From IMG/VR virus record IMGVR_UViG_3300007770_000001: a stretch of 64,000 bases of DNA; one strand, given 5' to 3'. Source of the DNA: a virus. Its lineage: Duplodnaviria; Caudoviricetes. Position numbers and translations under genes: made by a program. The notes below the pieces were generated by a model. The model was not told the DNA's origin. It saw nothing but the letters and a program-made list of their open reading frames with translations, and ran no database searches. Position 1 is the first letter of the stretch, and each line of letters opens with the position of its first letter. Positions 17,919-26,466 of the stretch are shown here, piece by piece.

Positions 17919-18342
17919 CGAACGTTCTTCCCTGATCCAGAGGGCTGCCTCTTTTCCCAAGGGTTCCGTGGAACGACGGGAGATCCTCGCTGGTCTCAAG
18001 CAGGCCAACACGGTGGTCATCCCTGTCCCGTTCCCTGCCGAGTCAGGCCAGACCTTTGAGGAACTGGGTCTCTCCTACGGAAATCCCGAGGAGGACGCTG
18101 GTGACGGCCTGGAGGACACCCAGCGGAACGTCCTGTCCTACCTGGGGAAGCGTCGCTCGGAGGACATCCAGGTGATCGGAGGGGAGGGCGCCAACCTTGA
18201 GCTCCTCCGCGCCGCCTGGAAGAAGGGCCGGACTCTGGGTCCTATCCTGGGAGACTTCGGCAATGACGAGGCGGTGGCTGGGACTCTGGGGCGCATCAAG
18301 GCTGTCATGGTCCCCTCCTACCACACTGTTTGGATGATCTGA
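17908..18342 (+). CDS. Hypothetical, probable virion protein with leader-like N-terminus
   Basis: ATG 17908; ERSSLIQRAASFPKGSVERREILAGLKQA; class II motif upstream. Confidence 0.7.
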   Translation: MSPDERSSLIQRAASFPKGSVERREILAGLKQANTVVIPVPFPAESGQTFEELGLSYGNPEEDAGDGLEDTQRNVLSYLGKRRSEDIQVIGGEGANLELLRAAWKKGRTLGPILGDFGNDEAVAGTLGRIKAVMVPSYHTVWMI

Positions 18343-18444
18343 ACGCGGTATAGTTCAGTAGACGGAGAATCCAATGATCGACTACATCCGAGGCTGGTTA
18401 AGGTAGAGTCTCCCCTCTCAGGGGCCTGCCGACTGCACGAGGCC

Positions 18445-18499
18445 CTCCTGGGCTGGTGTTCGCTGATACGACCAAAGCGGCACATCACCAACCCAGGAG
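18445..18499 (+). promoter_or_regulatory. Stem-loop sequestering the Shine-Dalgarno of 18506..19036
   Basis: CTCCTGGG/CCCAGGAG (8 bp), TGGTG/CACCA (5 bp), CGCT/AGCG; AGGAG 18495-18499 is paired. Confidence 0.6.
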
Positions 18500-18505
18500 A
18501 ATACC

Positions 18506-19036
18506 ATGTCCCGTGCCCGTACCACCCATCTCAAGATCAAGATCCACACCCTCGCTGACGAGGCCCGCCATATCCGCCGTGAGGAGCGGAAGGCTCGTCA
18601 GAGGGAGTTCTACGCGTCTCCGGACAAGATGATCCGGAAGGCGGACTCCCTCGAGCGCTTCGCTCGCTGGGCGGACAACTCGGAGAACTCCAGCGCCACC
18701 CGTGCGGAGATCAGCTCCGCTCTGGCCGAGGCGGAGAAGCTCCGCGCCCGCGCTCAGAACTTCGGCGACGAGAGGAAGGCCCACGCTGCCCGGCGGGAGC
18801 GTCTCGACCTCCGAGACCATCGCAAGGGGGTCGTGCGGACGATGTCCCGCTCTTGCCTGCTCGCCTACGGCTACCTCCGGGGCGTTCCGTACGCGAAGAT
18901 CGAGCAGAATCACCGGGAGGACAACTATCCGAACTGGCGGGAGGCCGAGAAGATCATCAAGCGGTTCGGCGGAGATCCCTCTGGGTTCCGCCCCTGGCTG
19001 AAGGGGGAGACGGAGGTGTCCTGTGCGGCGAAGTAG
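18506..19036 (+). CDS. Basic hypothetical protein, 176 aa
   Basis: AGGAG RBS; LKIKIHTLADEARHIRREE...LLAYGYLRG. Confidence 0.8.
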   Translation: MSRARTTHLKIKIHTLADEARHIRREERKARQREFYASPDKMIRKADSLERFARWADNSENSSATRAEISSALAEAEKLRARAQNFGDERKAHAARRERLDLRDHRKGVVRTMSRSCLLAYGYLRGVPYAKIEQNHREDNYPNWREAEKIIKRFGGDPSGFRPWLKGETEVSCAAK

Positions 19037-19388
19037 CTGCAACACAGGAGGCTGTTCCCCGGAGCACATCTGGGGACTCCTCCGTCCCGACGGCCGGCTG
19101 GCGCGCTTCTCGTTCAGCCACTCCGTCTTGACGTGGGTCAACAACCAGGCCCTCGAGGGCAGGGGCCGCATCCAGCGGTTCCGGTTCCTCCGGGGCCTCC
19201 CCATTCCCCCCGGAGGAACCTCTCGTTCGGGCCTCTACGCAATCGTGGCTGAGCGCGGTTCCAAGGGCCGCGTGCTCCGGGTGTGCTACTCGAAGGAGGC
19301 AGCGGACTTCTTCCGTGAGCCGGGCGCTCGATCCATTCATGAGTTTTGGCTCGCTCCGGAAACTCTGGCCCTGAGGAGGGCAGCATGA
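19023..19388 (+). CDS. Hypothetical protein
   Basis: Operon-packed ORF. Confidence 0.55.
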   Translation: MRRSSCNTGGCSPEHIWGLLRPDGRLARFSFSHSVLTWVNNQALEGRGRIQRFRFLRGLPIPPGGTSRSGLYAIVAERGSKGRVLRVCYSKEAADFFREPGARSIHEFWLAPETLALRRAA

Positions 19389-19813
19389 AGTCCAATATCC
19401 AATGGGGCTGGAAGGTCAGCTGTGCTCACGAGAGCTGTTCGGAGCACCTGGAGGTCTGGGGTCCGATGAAGGGGGACACCGAGTATCCCATCGTGCCCGG
19501 TCTCATCAGCGGTTGGAACAAGCCCGAAGAGTACGGAGGATGGTTCTTCTGGAGCTTCCCCAAGGAAGGCCAGCGGTTCTACAGGGCGTTTTGCTCAAAG
19601 CACTCCGCAGCCGCGTTCACCTGGCGGGACGCGGATATCTCCTGGCATCGCAGACTCCGCGAAGCTCGAGACGCCCAGAAGAACTCCATCATCCACAAGT
19701 TGGAGAAGTGGGGCCGGAAGAAGTTCGGACTCCGGATGAAGGGATACATGGAAGACTGGTACAAGAAGAACCCGAAGCCGGCCCCTCCGTGGCCGGTAAC
19801 GGAGAGGGACTGA
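19385..19813 (+). CDS. Hypothetical Trp-rich protein
   Basis: GGAGG RBS, ATGA overlap at 19385. Confidence 0.7.
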   Translation: MKSNIQWGWKVSCAHESCSEHLEVWGPMKGDTEYPIVPGLISGWNKPEEYGGWFFWSFPKEGQRFYRAFCSKHSAAAFTWRDADISWHRRLREARDAQKNSIIHKLEKWGRKKFGLRMKGYMEDWYKKNPKPAPPWPVTERD

Positions 19814-19822
19814 GGAGGCCTG

Positions 19823-21094
19823 ATGGGTCGGTTGAAGAGCTACAACTACGAGGCGCGGGAAGTCTTCTTCACGGAGGAGAACCGTATTCTGGAGAATCAG
19901 ACCCGACACGGTTCCGACTGTGGGAAGTTCTACCTCGTGGTCGATGTCTACAAGACCAAGAAGGGCTCGTGGAACTACACCCGGGGCCGTGTGTTCCGGA
20001 CTGGAGAGGACGAGCCCATTCCCATCGCGGACATCAAGAGGAACTACGGAGGGTTCGGATTCGCCTGGGTCTACGTTGGCCCCCATAGGAAGCCGTTCCT
20101 GGTCTGCGGGTTCGACTACCAGGGCCAGACGTTCGTGGATCTCAGCACTGGCGAGCGCCGCGACGAACTCTCCCCAGGAGCGGAGAAGGGCTTCGGGTTC
20201 TGTTGGATCCACCGGGTTCAGCTCAAGCAGACCCCGGATATCCTCCAGGTCAGCGGCTGTCACTGGGCGTGCCCCTACGAGTATCGGTTCTTCGATATCT
20301 CGGACCCCATCGGGAAAGGATGGCCTCAGGTCTCCATGCCGGAGGAGCACCTCTCTTTGGATTGCCTGGGTAAGACTCGGATCATGGAGACCGGTGAGAA
20401 CAACTTCTCCTGGCATATGTACGAGGGTGTGTTCATCGGGACCGGGGAGTGGCATCGGGATGTGGAGGACACCAGCTTCGACCTACACTGCGAGGTCTCC
20501 AAGCTGAAGATCCAGGGAGGCTCTGCAGAGGAGATCGAGGCAGCCAAGGCAGCGGAGAATGCTCATGATGAGAAGTACTCCGACCCAGAGGATGATCCAC
20601 ACCTCTGGGACACGGAGCTTCTCATCGATCGGAAGTTCGAGTTCGTCCGGGACGCTCACGGAGTCTATGCCCGGCTCCTCTCCGAGACCAAGCATCCCGT
20701 GGTTCTGAAGCGGGAAGAGCTCTATCTTCAGTGGAAGGAGAAGCGTCGGGCTCAGGAAGCCGAGTGGAAGCAGGACCCAATCTTCCAAGAGCTCTCCAAC
20801 ACCATCCCCTTGAAGGGCCGTGTGGGAATCGGATCCCCTTCCTTGAACGACAAGTGGAAGGGAGAGCCGAACCCAGCCTTCTTCCGTGTCACTCTCGGAG
20901 ACCCCAAGGGGGAGGAGAACCTCGCAGCATCCCTCCAGTGGGGAGTCAATGAAGGGCCGCTGAAGCTGTCCTTGTGGTTGCGGGGGAAGGGGGATGTAGA
21001 GAAGCCCCAGTTCCCCCGCACCTCCGAGGGCCTACACCAAGCCCTACGACGCAGCCGTGAGTACCTGGCTGGGGGCTCCTCCGACCAGGAGTAG
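19823..21094 (+). CDS. Hypothetical protein, 423 aa
   Basis: GGAGG RBS, long ORF with typical codon bias. Confidence 0.8.
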   Translation: MGRLKSYNYEAREVFFTEENRILENQTRHGSDCGKFYLVVDVYKTKKGSWNYTRGRVFRTGEDEPIPIADIKRNYGGFGFAWVYVGPHRKPFLVCGFDYQGQTFVDLSTGERRDELSPGAEKGFGFCWIHRVQLKQTPDILQVSGCHWACPYEYRFFDISDPIGKGWPQVSMPEEHLSLDCLGKTRIMETGENNFSWHMYEGVFIGTGEWHRDVEDTSFDLHCEVSKLKIQGGSAEEIEAAKAAENAHDEKYSDPEDDPHLWDTELLIDRKFEFVRDAHGVYARLLSETKHPVVLKREELYLQWKEKRRAQEAEWKQDPIFQELSNTIPLKGRVGIGSPSLNDKWKGEPNPAFFRVTLGDPKGEENLAASLQWGVNEGPLKLSLWLRGKGDVEKPQFPRTSEGLHQALRRSREYLAGGSSDQE

Positions 21095-22063
21095 CACGGT
21101 CAGGTATTCCATGACCTTGTCCTTGGTCCAGGCGTGGATGTACACCCGGGTCCCATCCTCCGACACACCGAAGGTGACTCGGTCTTCCTCAGCGAGCTTC
21201 CGGATCGCTGAGTTGTTCCGGGCGACCTGGTACTCGACACGGAGGCTGACCACACGCTTCCGCCAGCCCATCACGATGGTGGTGTCTCCGAACACGGCCC
21301 GGAACCAGGGCTCCTTGCCTCCGTAGCCGTTCTCGACGGGAATGCGTTCTCCGAGGTCGATGCCTCGCTCTGCCATCTCTGTCCAGACGGCGTCGAAGTA
21401 CTCCCGGTTCTTGGTGATGATGGGGTCCTCGGGGATCGGCAGGTACTCCGAGTAGGCGGGGTCGATCTTGGACCAGTGCGTGTAGGAGTCTCCGTTCTTG
21501 TCCGTCTTCCGTATCGCGAAGTAGCCAACGACACCGGTGATCTCCGGGAAGGCCGGCGGATACAGAGGTCGAAGGAGATCATCCGGATAGGTCAGGTACA
21601 CACCCTTCTTCAGGGGCTTGTCTCGGGACCCCCAGGTCTCGTCGTGCAGCTTCTGCGCGTCCTCGGGGCAGTCGTGGTAGCTGATCTGGTGGTCGGTGAA
21701 GAGCGGAGTGCTTCCGTGGAGATCCGGGAACTTCACGTAGAAGACCTCCTTGAGCCAGGTCGCCCACTCCAGGGTCTCGTGGGCCTTCAGTGCAGCGAGC
21801 CGATGGCGCCAGGTGGGGAGGAGAATCTCGTTCATCCACCAGGACAGACGCTTGGGGAGCATGAGCCGGTCGCGCTCATCCCGACACAGGCTGGTGTTCC
21901 GGACGAAGACCACAACAGCCCCTGCCCGATTGGAGAGGACCTCAACGGCGGCCTTGCACCGAGAGCACGTGTAGTGTCTCTGACACGAGGAACCCCCGAA
22001 GGAGCCCCCTCCTCCGCTGAGCTTGGTTCCATGGCAGAAAGGGCAGGGGGGTGGCTTGAGCAT
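21044..22063 (-). CDS. Hypothetical protein with N-terminal Zn ribbon
   Basis: CPFC...CSRC; AGGAG RBS. Confidence 0.75.
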   Translation of the reverse strand: MLKPPPCPFCHGTKLSGGGGSFGGSSCQRHYTCSRCKAAVEVLSNRAGAVVVFVRNTSLCRDERDRLMLPKRLSWWMNEILLPTWRHRLAALKAHETLEWATWLKEVFYVKFPDLHGSTPLFTDHQISYHDCPEDAQKLHDETWGSRDKPLKKGVYLTYPDDLLRPLYPPAFPEITGVVGYFAIRKTDKNGDSYTHWSKIDPAYSEYLPIPEDPIITKNREYFDAVWTEMAERGIDLGERIPVENGYGGKEPWFRAVFGDTTIVMGWRKRVVSLRVEYQVARNNSAIRKLAEEDRVTFGVSEDGTRVYIHAWTKDKVMEYLTVLLLVGGAPSQVLTAAS

Positions 22064-22072
22064 GGGGTTCTC

Positions 22073-23008
22073 CTACAGGGAGGCCAGGGGGATCATTTCA
22101 CAGAGGAGTTTGGCTCGCTCCTCTGTGAGTCTCATGAGGGGGCGTCCTTGAGCATCGAGAGCCAGGAACTCATCGTTGGTCTTGGACACGTATCGGATGT
22201 CGCAGTAGGGAGCGGGGTCCTCTTCGAGAGGATTTGGAAGACAGGCCGGGTTCTGCTTCGATACCGCAGGCTGGTAGAGCCCGTCGGAGAGGACCGAGAA
22301 GTCCCATACGTTGGCCCAGTCCTGAGAGGACTCGGTCTTGACCCGAATCCGGGTCTGGCCCGTCCATTCGATGACCCCAACCTTTCCACTGGGGAGCATC
22401 CCTCTGTCTCCCACCTTGGGGAAGGACTCCTTCCAGCTGTCTTGCAGCTTCTCCACCTTGATTTGGTGGGCTTCCCAACCGTGTATGGGAGTCTCGTCCC
22501 TATACACCCCAGTGATGAACGCGCGGAGGTTGGTGATGGCGGTCCAGTGGGTGTTTCCGCTTTGGGTCTCTATGAGAGCCCGCCTTCCGAATCCTCCGTT
22601 CACAATCCGAGACACAACCCCACGTGTCCCCTTGGGAACCTTGCGTCCCTTGTAGACCTCGACCCAGGATCCGATCTTGACCTCTCGGAGAGCTTCCTCT
22701 GCTTCCTCTTCCTTGGCCGGGTCCAGGGCCTGCTTCTTCTCTGACTTCTCCGCCAAGTGGAGGAGGCGAATGTTCAGGGTGGCGTCTTCCGTTGCGAAGC
22801 CTCTCTGAGCCATGCCCTCGCAGCGGATGATGCATTCCTCGGAGTTCCCTCCGGTGAGATCCCAGACAGTGGCGAAGGTGGCCTGTACCCACTCTCCGGG
22901 GATTAGCTCGGTCTCACGGGTGCTGACGTGGAGCACCCGCCCCTCGTGAGTCGGGCTCCCGTGGGGAACCCACGCACCGTCAACCAGCTTTTCCCAGATG
23001 ATTGCCAT
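22073..23008 (-). CDS. Hypothetical protein with KOW/SH3-like segments
   Basis: IGSWVEVYKGRKVPKGTRGVV, VGDRGMLPSGKVGVI; RBS and class I motif. Confidence 0.75.
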   Translation of the reverse strand: MAIIWEKLVDGAWVPHGSPTHEGRVLHVSTRETELIPGEWVQATFATVWDLTGGNSEECIIRCEGMAQRGFATEDATLNIRLLHLAEKSEKKQALDPAKEEEAEEALREVKIGSWVEVYKGRKVPKGTRGVVSRIVNGGFGRRALIETQSGNTHWTAITNLRAFITGVYRDETPIHGWEAHQIKVEKLQDSWKESFPKVGDRGMLPSGKVGVIEWTGQTRIRVKTESSQDWANVWDFSVLSDGLYQPAVSKQNPACLPNPLEEDPAPYCDIRYVSKTNDEFLALDAQGRPLMRLTEERAKLLCEMIPLASL

Positions 23009-23024
23009 ATTCTCTCCTGGAACC

Positions 23025-23052
23025 GTTACGTCCCTGGGAGCACTGGGGAAAC
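23025..23052 (-). promoter_or_regulatory. Class I promoter-like motif GTTTCC-N13-GGACGTAAC
   Basis: Upstream of AGGAG RBS of 22073..23008. Confidence 0.75.
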
Positions 23053-23058
23053 CTCGCC

Positions 23059-23072
23059 GGTAGGAACACTAT
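23059..23072 (+). promoter_or_regulatory. Class II (putative late) motif GGTA-N6-CTAT
   Basis: Representative copy, upstream of tail gene cluster. Confidence 0.5.
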
Positions 23073-23187
23073 GGGCACTGCGGCGGCAGGGTCATCCGGG
23101 GTGTCTGTGTCGGAAGTCAGTGCGAGAGCAGATCGAACTCCGACCAGGTCGGGTATCGTCGCATCCCGGAATACGGAGAGACCATAG

Positions 23188-26100
23188 ATGGCGACCCAAG
23201 ACAAGTTCTTCCCCGGAAGCAGCGTCTCCCGCTACCTCATCCCGGGCGAGAGAAGCTGGGGAGAAGCTGTGTACCAGAGCGGGAAGCCCGTTCTGGATGC
23301 CGAGCTCATCCTCTCCCAGGAAATCGTCCGCGAGATGCAGGGCCTCCTGTGGGACCGAGAGACTCCCTCTGGTTGGCTCCGAGGACCTGTTCCCCTCGAT
23401 GGGAATGACTTCGCGGGGTCTCCCACGGCGAACTCCCTCCGCATGGTCAAGCGTACAGCTTTGGTGGCGGGCCTTCCGGTGGTCGTCGAATACACAGGAA
23501 CGACCACTCCTTCCCTGAACGAGATCGTCCTCGATGCCGCGCCGATTTTCGGGGGAGCTCCGCCGGATGTCAAGAGAACGGACTTCATCTTCCTCGAGGT
23601 GTTCCGGGCCCTCGTGTCTCACAGCCCTCGGGCTTCTGCGACCACGGAGGTCATCACCAACGCTGACGTGACGGCAGGAGATACGATCACCATCAACGGG
23701 ACTCCTCTCACTGCTGTGGCGGGTGCTCCCGCCGCCGACGAGTTCCAGATTGGTCTGAACGAGAACGCTACCGCTTCGAACATCGCAGCAGCCATCAATC
23801 TCCCAGGCAACAGCTTCACCAGCATCTGCACCGCAACGACGGATGTCGCGAACCCTGCTCTGGTCAATCTCCGTGCTGCGGATGCTTTGGCTGGCGCCGC
23901 CGGGAACGCTATCACCCTGACTCTCTCCCTGACGACAGGCGGCGCCATCCAAGTCAATGGTGGTGCAGGGCCCACCACGTTCTCTGGGGGTTCGGATACC
24001 TCGAACAAACCGACCCAGGCGACCCTGTATCGCCACGGGAACGTAGACGTTCCTTCGGGAGTGAACTTCCCTGATGATATCGCGGACCCCACCATTGGAA
24101 CCGAGTCCACCAAGCGGGTTCAGATCCAGTACCGCATTCGCACCACAGGGCAGTCCGAAGCCGTCAACTTCAAGACAGGGAACGGCTTCGAATCCTCCGT
24201 TCTGGCTCAGGGAACCCAGTCCGCCCCCGTCGCAGGCTATCCCTTTGTCCCCGCAGATGGGACGTCCTCCAGCGGCTCTTCAGACGCTTCTGCCTACCAA
24301 CGGGTAGACGCGGGCCTTTGGGTTGCTGGGGACGGCTCAGAGGCCGCTGCCACCGCCCTGGGGACAATCGATGGCTATGTCTACGCGGTTCCGATGGCAA
24401 TGGTCTTCCGGCGGAACGATGCATACAACGGAGGGGCCGGCGGGGGCTGGAATCCTCTGACGAATACCAATGGTGCACTCCCCCGTGTCCATGGAGGCTT
24501 TGCCAACCCTGTCGTCGGCGTTATCCCTGCGAACTCTTCAGACCGCCCAGATGGCCGGTTCCATGACGAGATTCTTCCCGCCGATGTGATGGATCTCCGG
24601 AAGCAGGTCTCCCCTGGAGGAATCGATCTGAAAGCGGAGCTCGAGCGGCAGATGACGTCCCTGATGGACGGGAACTTCGGAACCTGGGCCATCGATGCGG
24701 CGGACAAGAACACTCTGGGTGCAGGTTCCGGAGATGTAGGAACTCAGTTCCTGGTCTGCAATGAGGTGGGTCGCTCCGCAGCGAAGGGCGGAGTGGCTCC
24801 GGACAGCGGAAGCACCACTCGGGGCAACGGTATCGGGGACTTCGACCACATCCGCCGTCGGTTCGCTGACTGGCCTGTTGTGGAGCGTCGGGTTCTCCCA
24901 ATCCTCCCCACCGATCTGGTGGGCGCGCAGCCTGGCAAGTACGTCGCCAAGGTCACCGGGGGATACACGACGTGGGAAGCAGGGGATGTGCTTCACATCG
25001 ACCTGGACACCCTGGACGCCACCGGCCTTGGTGGCTGGGCCCACGCTCCCTCTGGAGTTCCCACAGGAGGAGGTGCTGTCACCAACCTGTGGCCTCTTGG
25101 GACCAAGGTGACCAACGTCCTCCGAGTCTTGCATGACGACGGCAACTACAACGCAGCCATCGACAAGAACGTAGCTCTGGACCAGGTCGTTGGTGTGGGG
25201 ACACCCCATATCGAGCTCACACTCGGACGGAACACCCTTCAGGCTACCGGGGGGATCAACGTCGCAGGATACGACCTGGTAGGTGCCGGAGGCGGAGGAG
25301 ACAACAACTCACCACGGCGCATCTGGGTCGAGCTCGAGATCACGTATCCAACGGCAAACGGGACAACCGACACCCCTGTAGAGATCACTCCCGACGCTAC
25401 TGTGTATCCCTCAGGACCGGTTTTCGAGAACCAGACCTCCCAGCGGCCTGATGACTGGGAAGGGGTCATCCAGCCCAAGTACAGGGATGGGGCTCGTGAG
25501 GTAGGTCTGGAGTACATCACCAACGACGGCTCTGGCGCCGGCTCGGGAACTCCGATCACGGACCTGGTCGTCAGCGACTCTACGACTACAGTGACGATGC
25601 CGCGCCGTGTCTATGGTTCGGGGGTCACGACGACCACCGTGACTGACCAGGTGTCCACTCTGCCTCGGGCGGTGGACACCGCGACCACCCCTTATGGGTC
25701 CAGCGCCCGTCGCATCGATCTTCAGGACCCTCTCTCAGGAGCGGGTCAGACCCTGGTCTCGGTGGAGTACTTCGCCCAGGACCCTCTTCCGAACTGGGGG
25801 GCCGTAGGCTACCAGCTGTCCTGCTACTTCAGGTCCGATGCTCCTCAGACTCTGGGCGTTCAGGCGGGAGCTCCCGGAACGGTGCAGATGCCGACGACGC
25901 TCCTTCTGCGTCCCCTGGTTATGTCCCGAACGCTCTGGACAGGCACAGCGGGAGCGGGTAGTGCTGATCTCCCGTATCCCTATGCCAAGCCTCTCGACCA
26001 GATCGCGGTCAACGGGGACCAGAGCCCGTCTCCCTTCCCTGGGGAATGGATCCTCTCGGCGAACGCCTCCATCTCGATTGCTGACTTCAGTGCAGAGACG

Positions 26101-26460
26101 GGCCTGCTGAATCTCCAGCAGCTGGTTCCTGTGGATGGGAACCAGGATTTCCAGTTCAGTTCCCTGGATGTAGACTCGGAGTTCCGAGTCGCATACAAGG
26201 TCTCGGACACGAGTGCCTACCGCCCGGTAGCCATGGCCCAGCCCCTCTCCGGAATCGCAACCCACAAGGTCTGGTTCCCCTTCTTGGCTCGTGCCTCTGC
26301 TGACGGCACCTTCTTCCGGAAGGATGAGGTTCTCCTGGTTGTGGTGAGCCGCTTGGCTATCCTGGACAACACCAACGTGGTGCGGTTCGTGGACTCCAAC
26401 AACGATACATGTGCCGCCGTCTATCGGACGAGGGGCATCTTCCTCTTGGCGTCGGAGTGA
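23188..26460 (+). CDS. Large tail/baseplate-associated virion protein, 1090 aa (paralog of 31909..37248)
   Basis: G/T/S/A-rich; shares KPVLDAE, RTDFIFLEV, RVQIQYR, DGYVYAVP, RPDGRF blocks with 31909 gene. Confidence 0.8.
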   Translation: MATQDKFFPGSSVSRYLIPGERSWGEAVYQSGKPVLDAELILSQEIVREMQGLLWDRETPSGWLRGPVPLDGNDFAGSPTANSLRMVKRTALVAGLPVVVEYTGTTTPSLNEIVLDAAPIFGGAPPDVKRTDFIFLEVFRALVSHSPRASATTEVITNADVTAGDTITINGTPLTAVAGAPAADEFQIGLNENATASNIAAAINLPGNSFTSICTATTDVANPALVNLRAADALAGAAGNAITLTLSLTTGGAIQVNGGAGPTTFSGGSDTSNKPTQATLYRHGNVDVPSGVNFPDDIADPTIGTESTKRVQIQYRIRTTGQSEAVNFKTGNGFESSVLAQGTQSAPVAGYPFVPADGTSSSGSSDASAYQRVDAGLWVAGDGSEAAATALGTIDGYVYAVPMAMVFRRNDAYNGGAGGGWNPLTNTNGALPRVHGGFANPVVGVIPANSSDRPDGRFHDEILPADVMDLRKQVSPGGIDLKAELERQMTSLMDGNFGTWAIDAADKNTLGAGSGDVGTQFLVCNEVGRSAAKGGVAPDSGSTTRGNGIGDFDHIRRRFADWPVVERRVLPILPTDLVGAQPGKYVAKVTGGYTTWEAGDVLHIDLDTLDATGLGGWAHAPSGVPTGGGAVTNLWPLGTKVTNVLRVLHDDGNYNAAIDKNVALDQVVGVGTPHIELTLGRNTLQATGGINVAGYDLVGAGGGGDNNSPRRIWVELEITYPTANGTTDTPVEITPDATVYPSGPVFENQTSQRPDDWEGVIQPKYRDGAREVGLEYITNDGSGAGSGTPITDLVVSDSTTTVTMPRRVYGSGVTTTTVTDQVSTLPRAVDTATTPYGSSARRIDLQDPLSGAGQTLVSVEYFAQDPLPNWGAVGYQLSCYFRSDAPQTLGVQAGAPGTVQMPTTLLLRPLVMSRTLWTGTAGAGSADLPYPYAKPLDQIAVNGDQSPSPFPGEWILSANASISIADFSAETGLLNLQQLVPVDGNQDFQFSSLDVDSEFRVAYKVSDTSAYRPVAMAQPLSGIATHKVWFPFLARASADGTFFRKDEVLLVVVSRLAILDNTNVVRFVDSNNDTCAAVYRTRGIFLLASE

Positions 26461-26466
26461 TCTGAA

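Noticed and set aside
18344-18375. tRNA-like 5' half (CGCGGTA TA GTTC...GAAT)
   Set aside because: No T arm or complementary acceptor strand follows.
23071-23187. 38-aa ORF abutting the tail gene start
   Set aside because: No RBS or motif; could be untranslated leader. Left uncalled.
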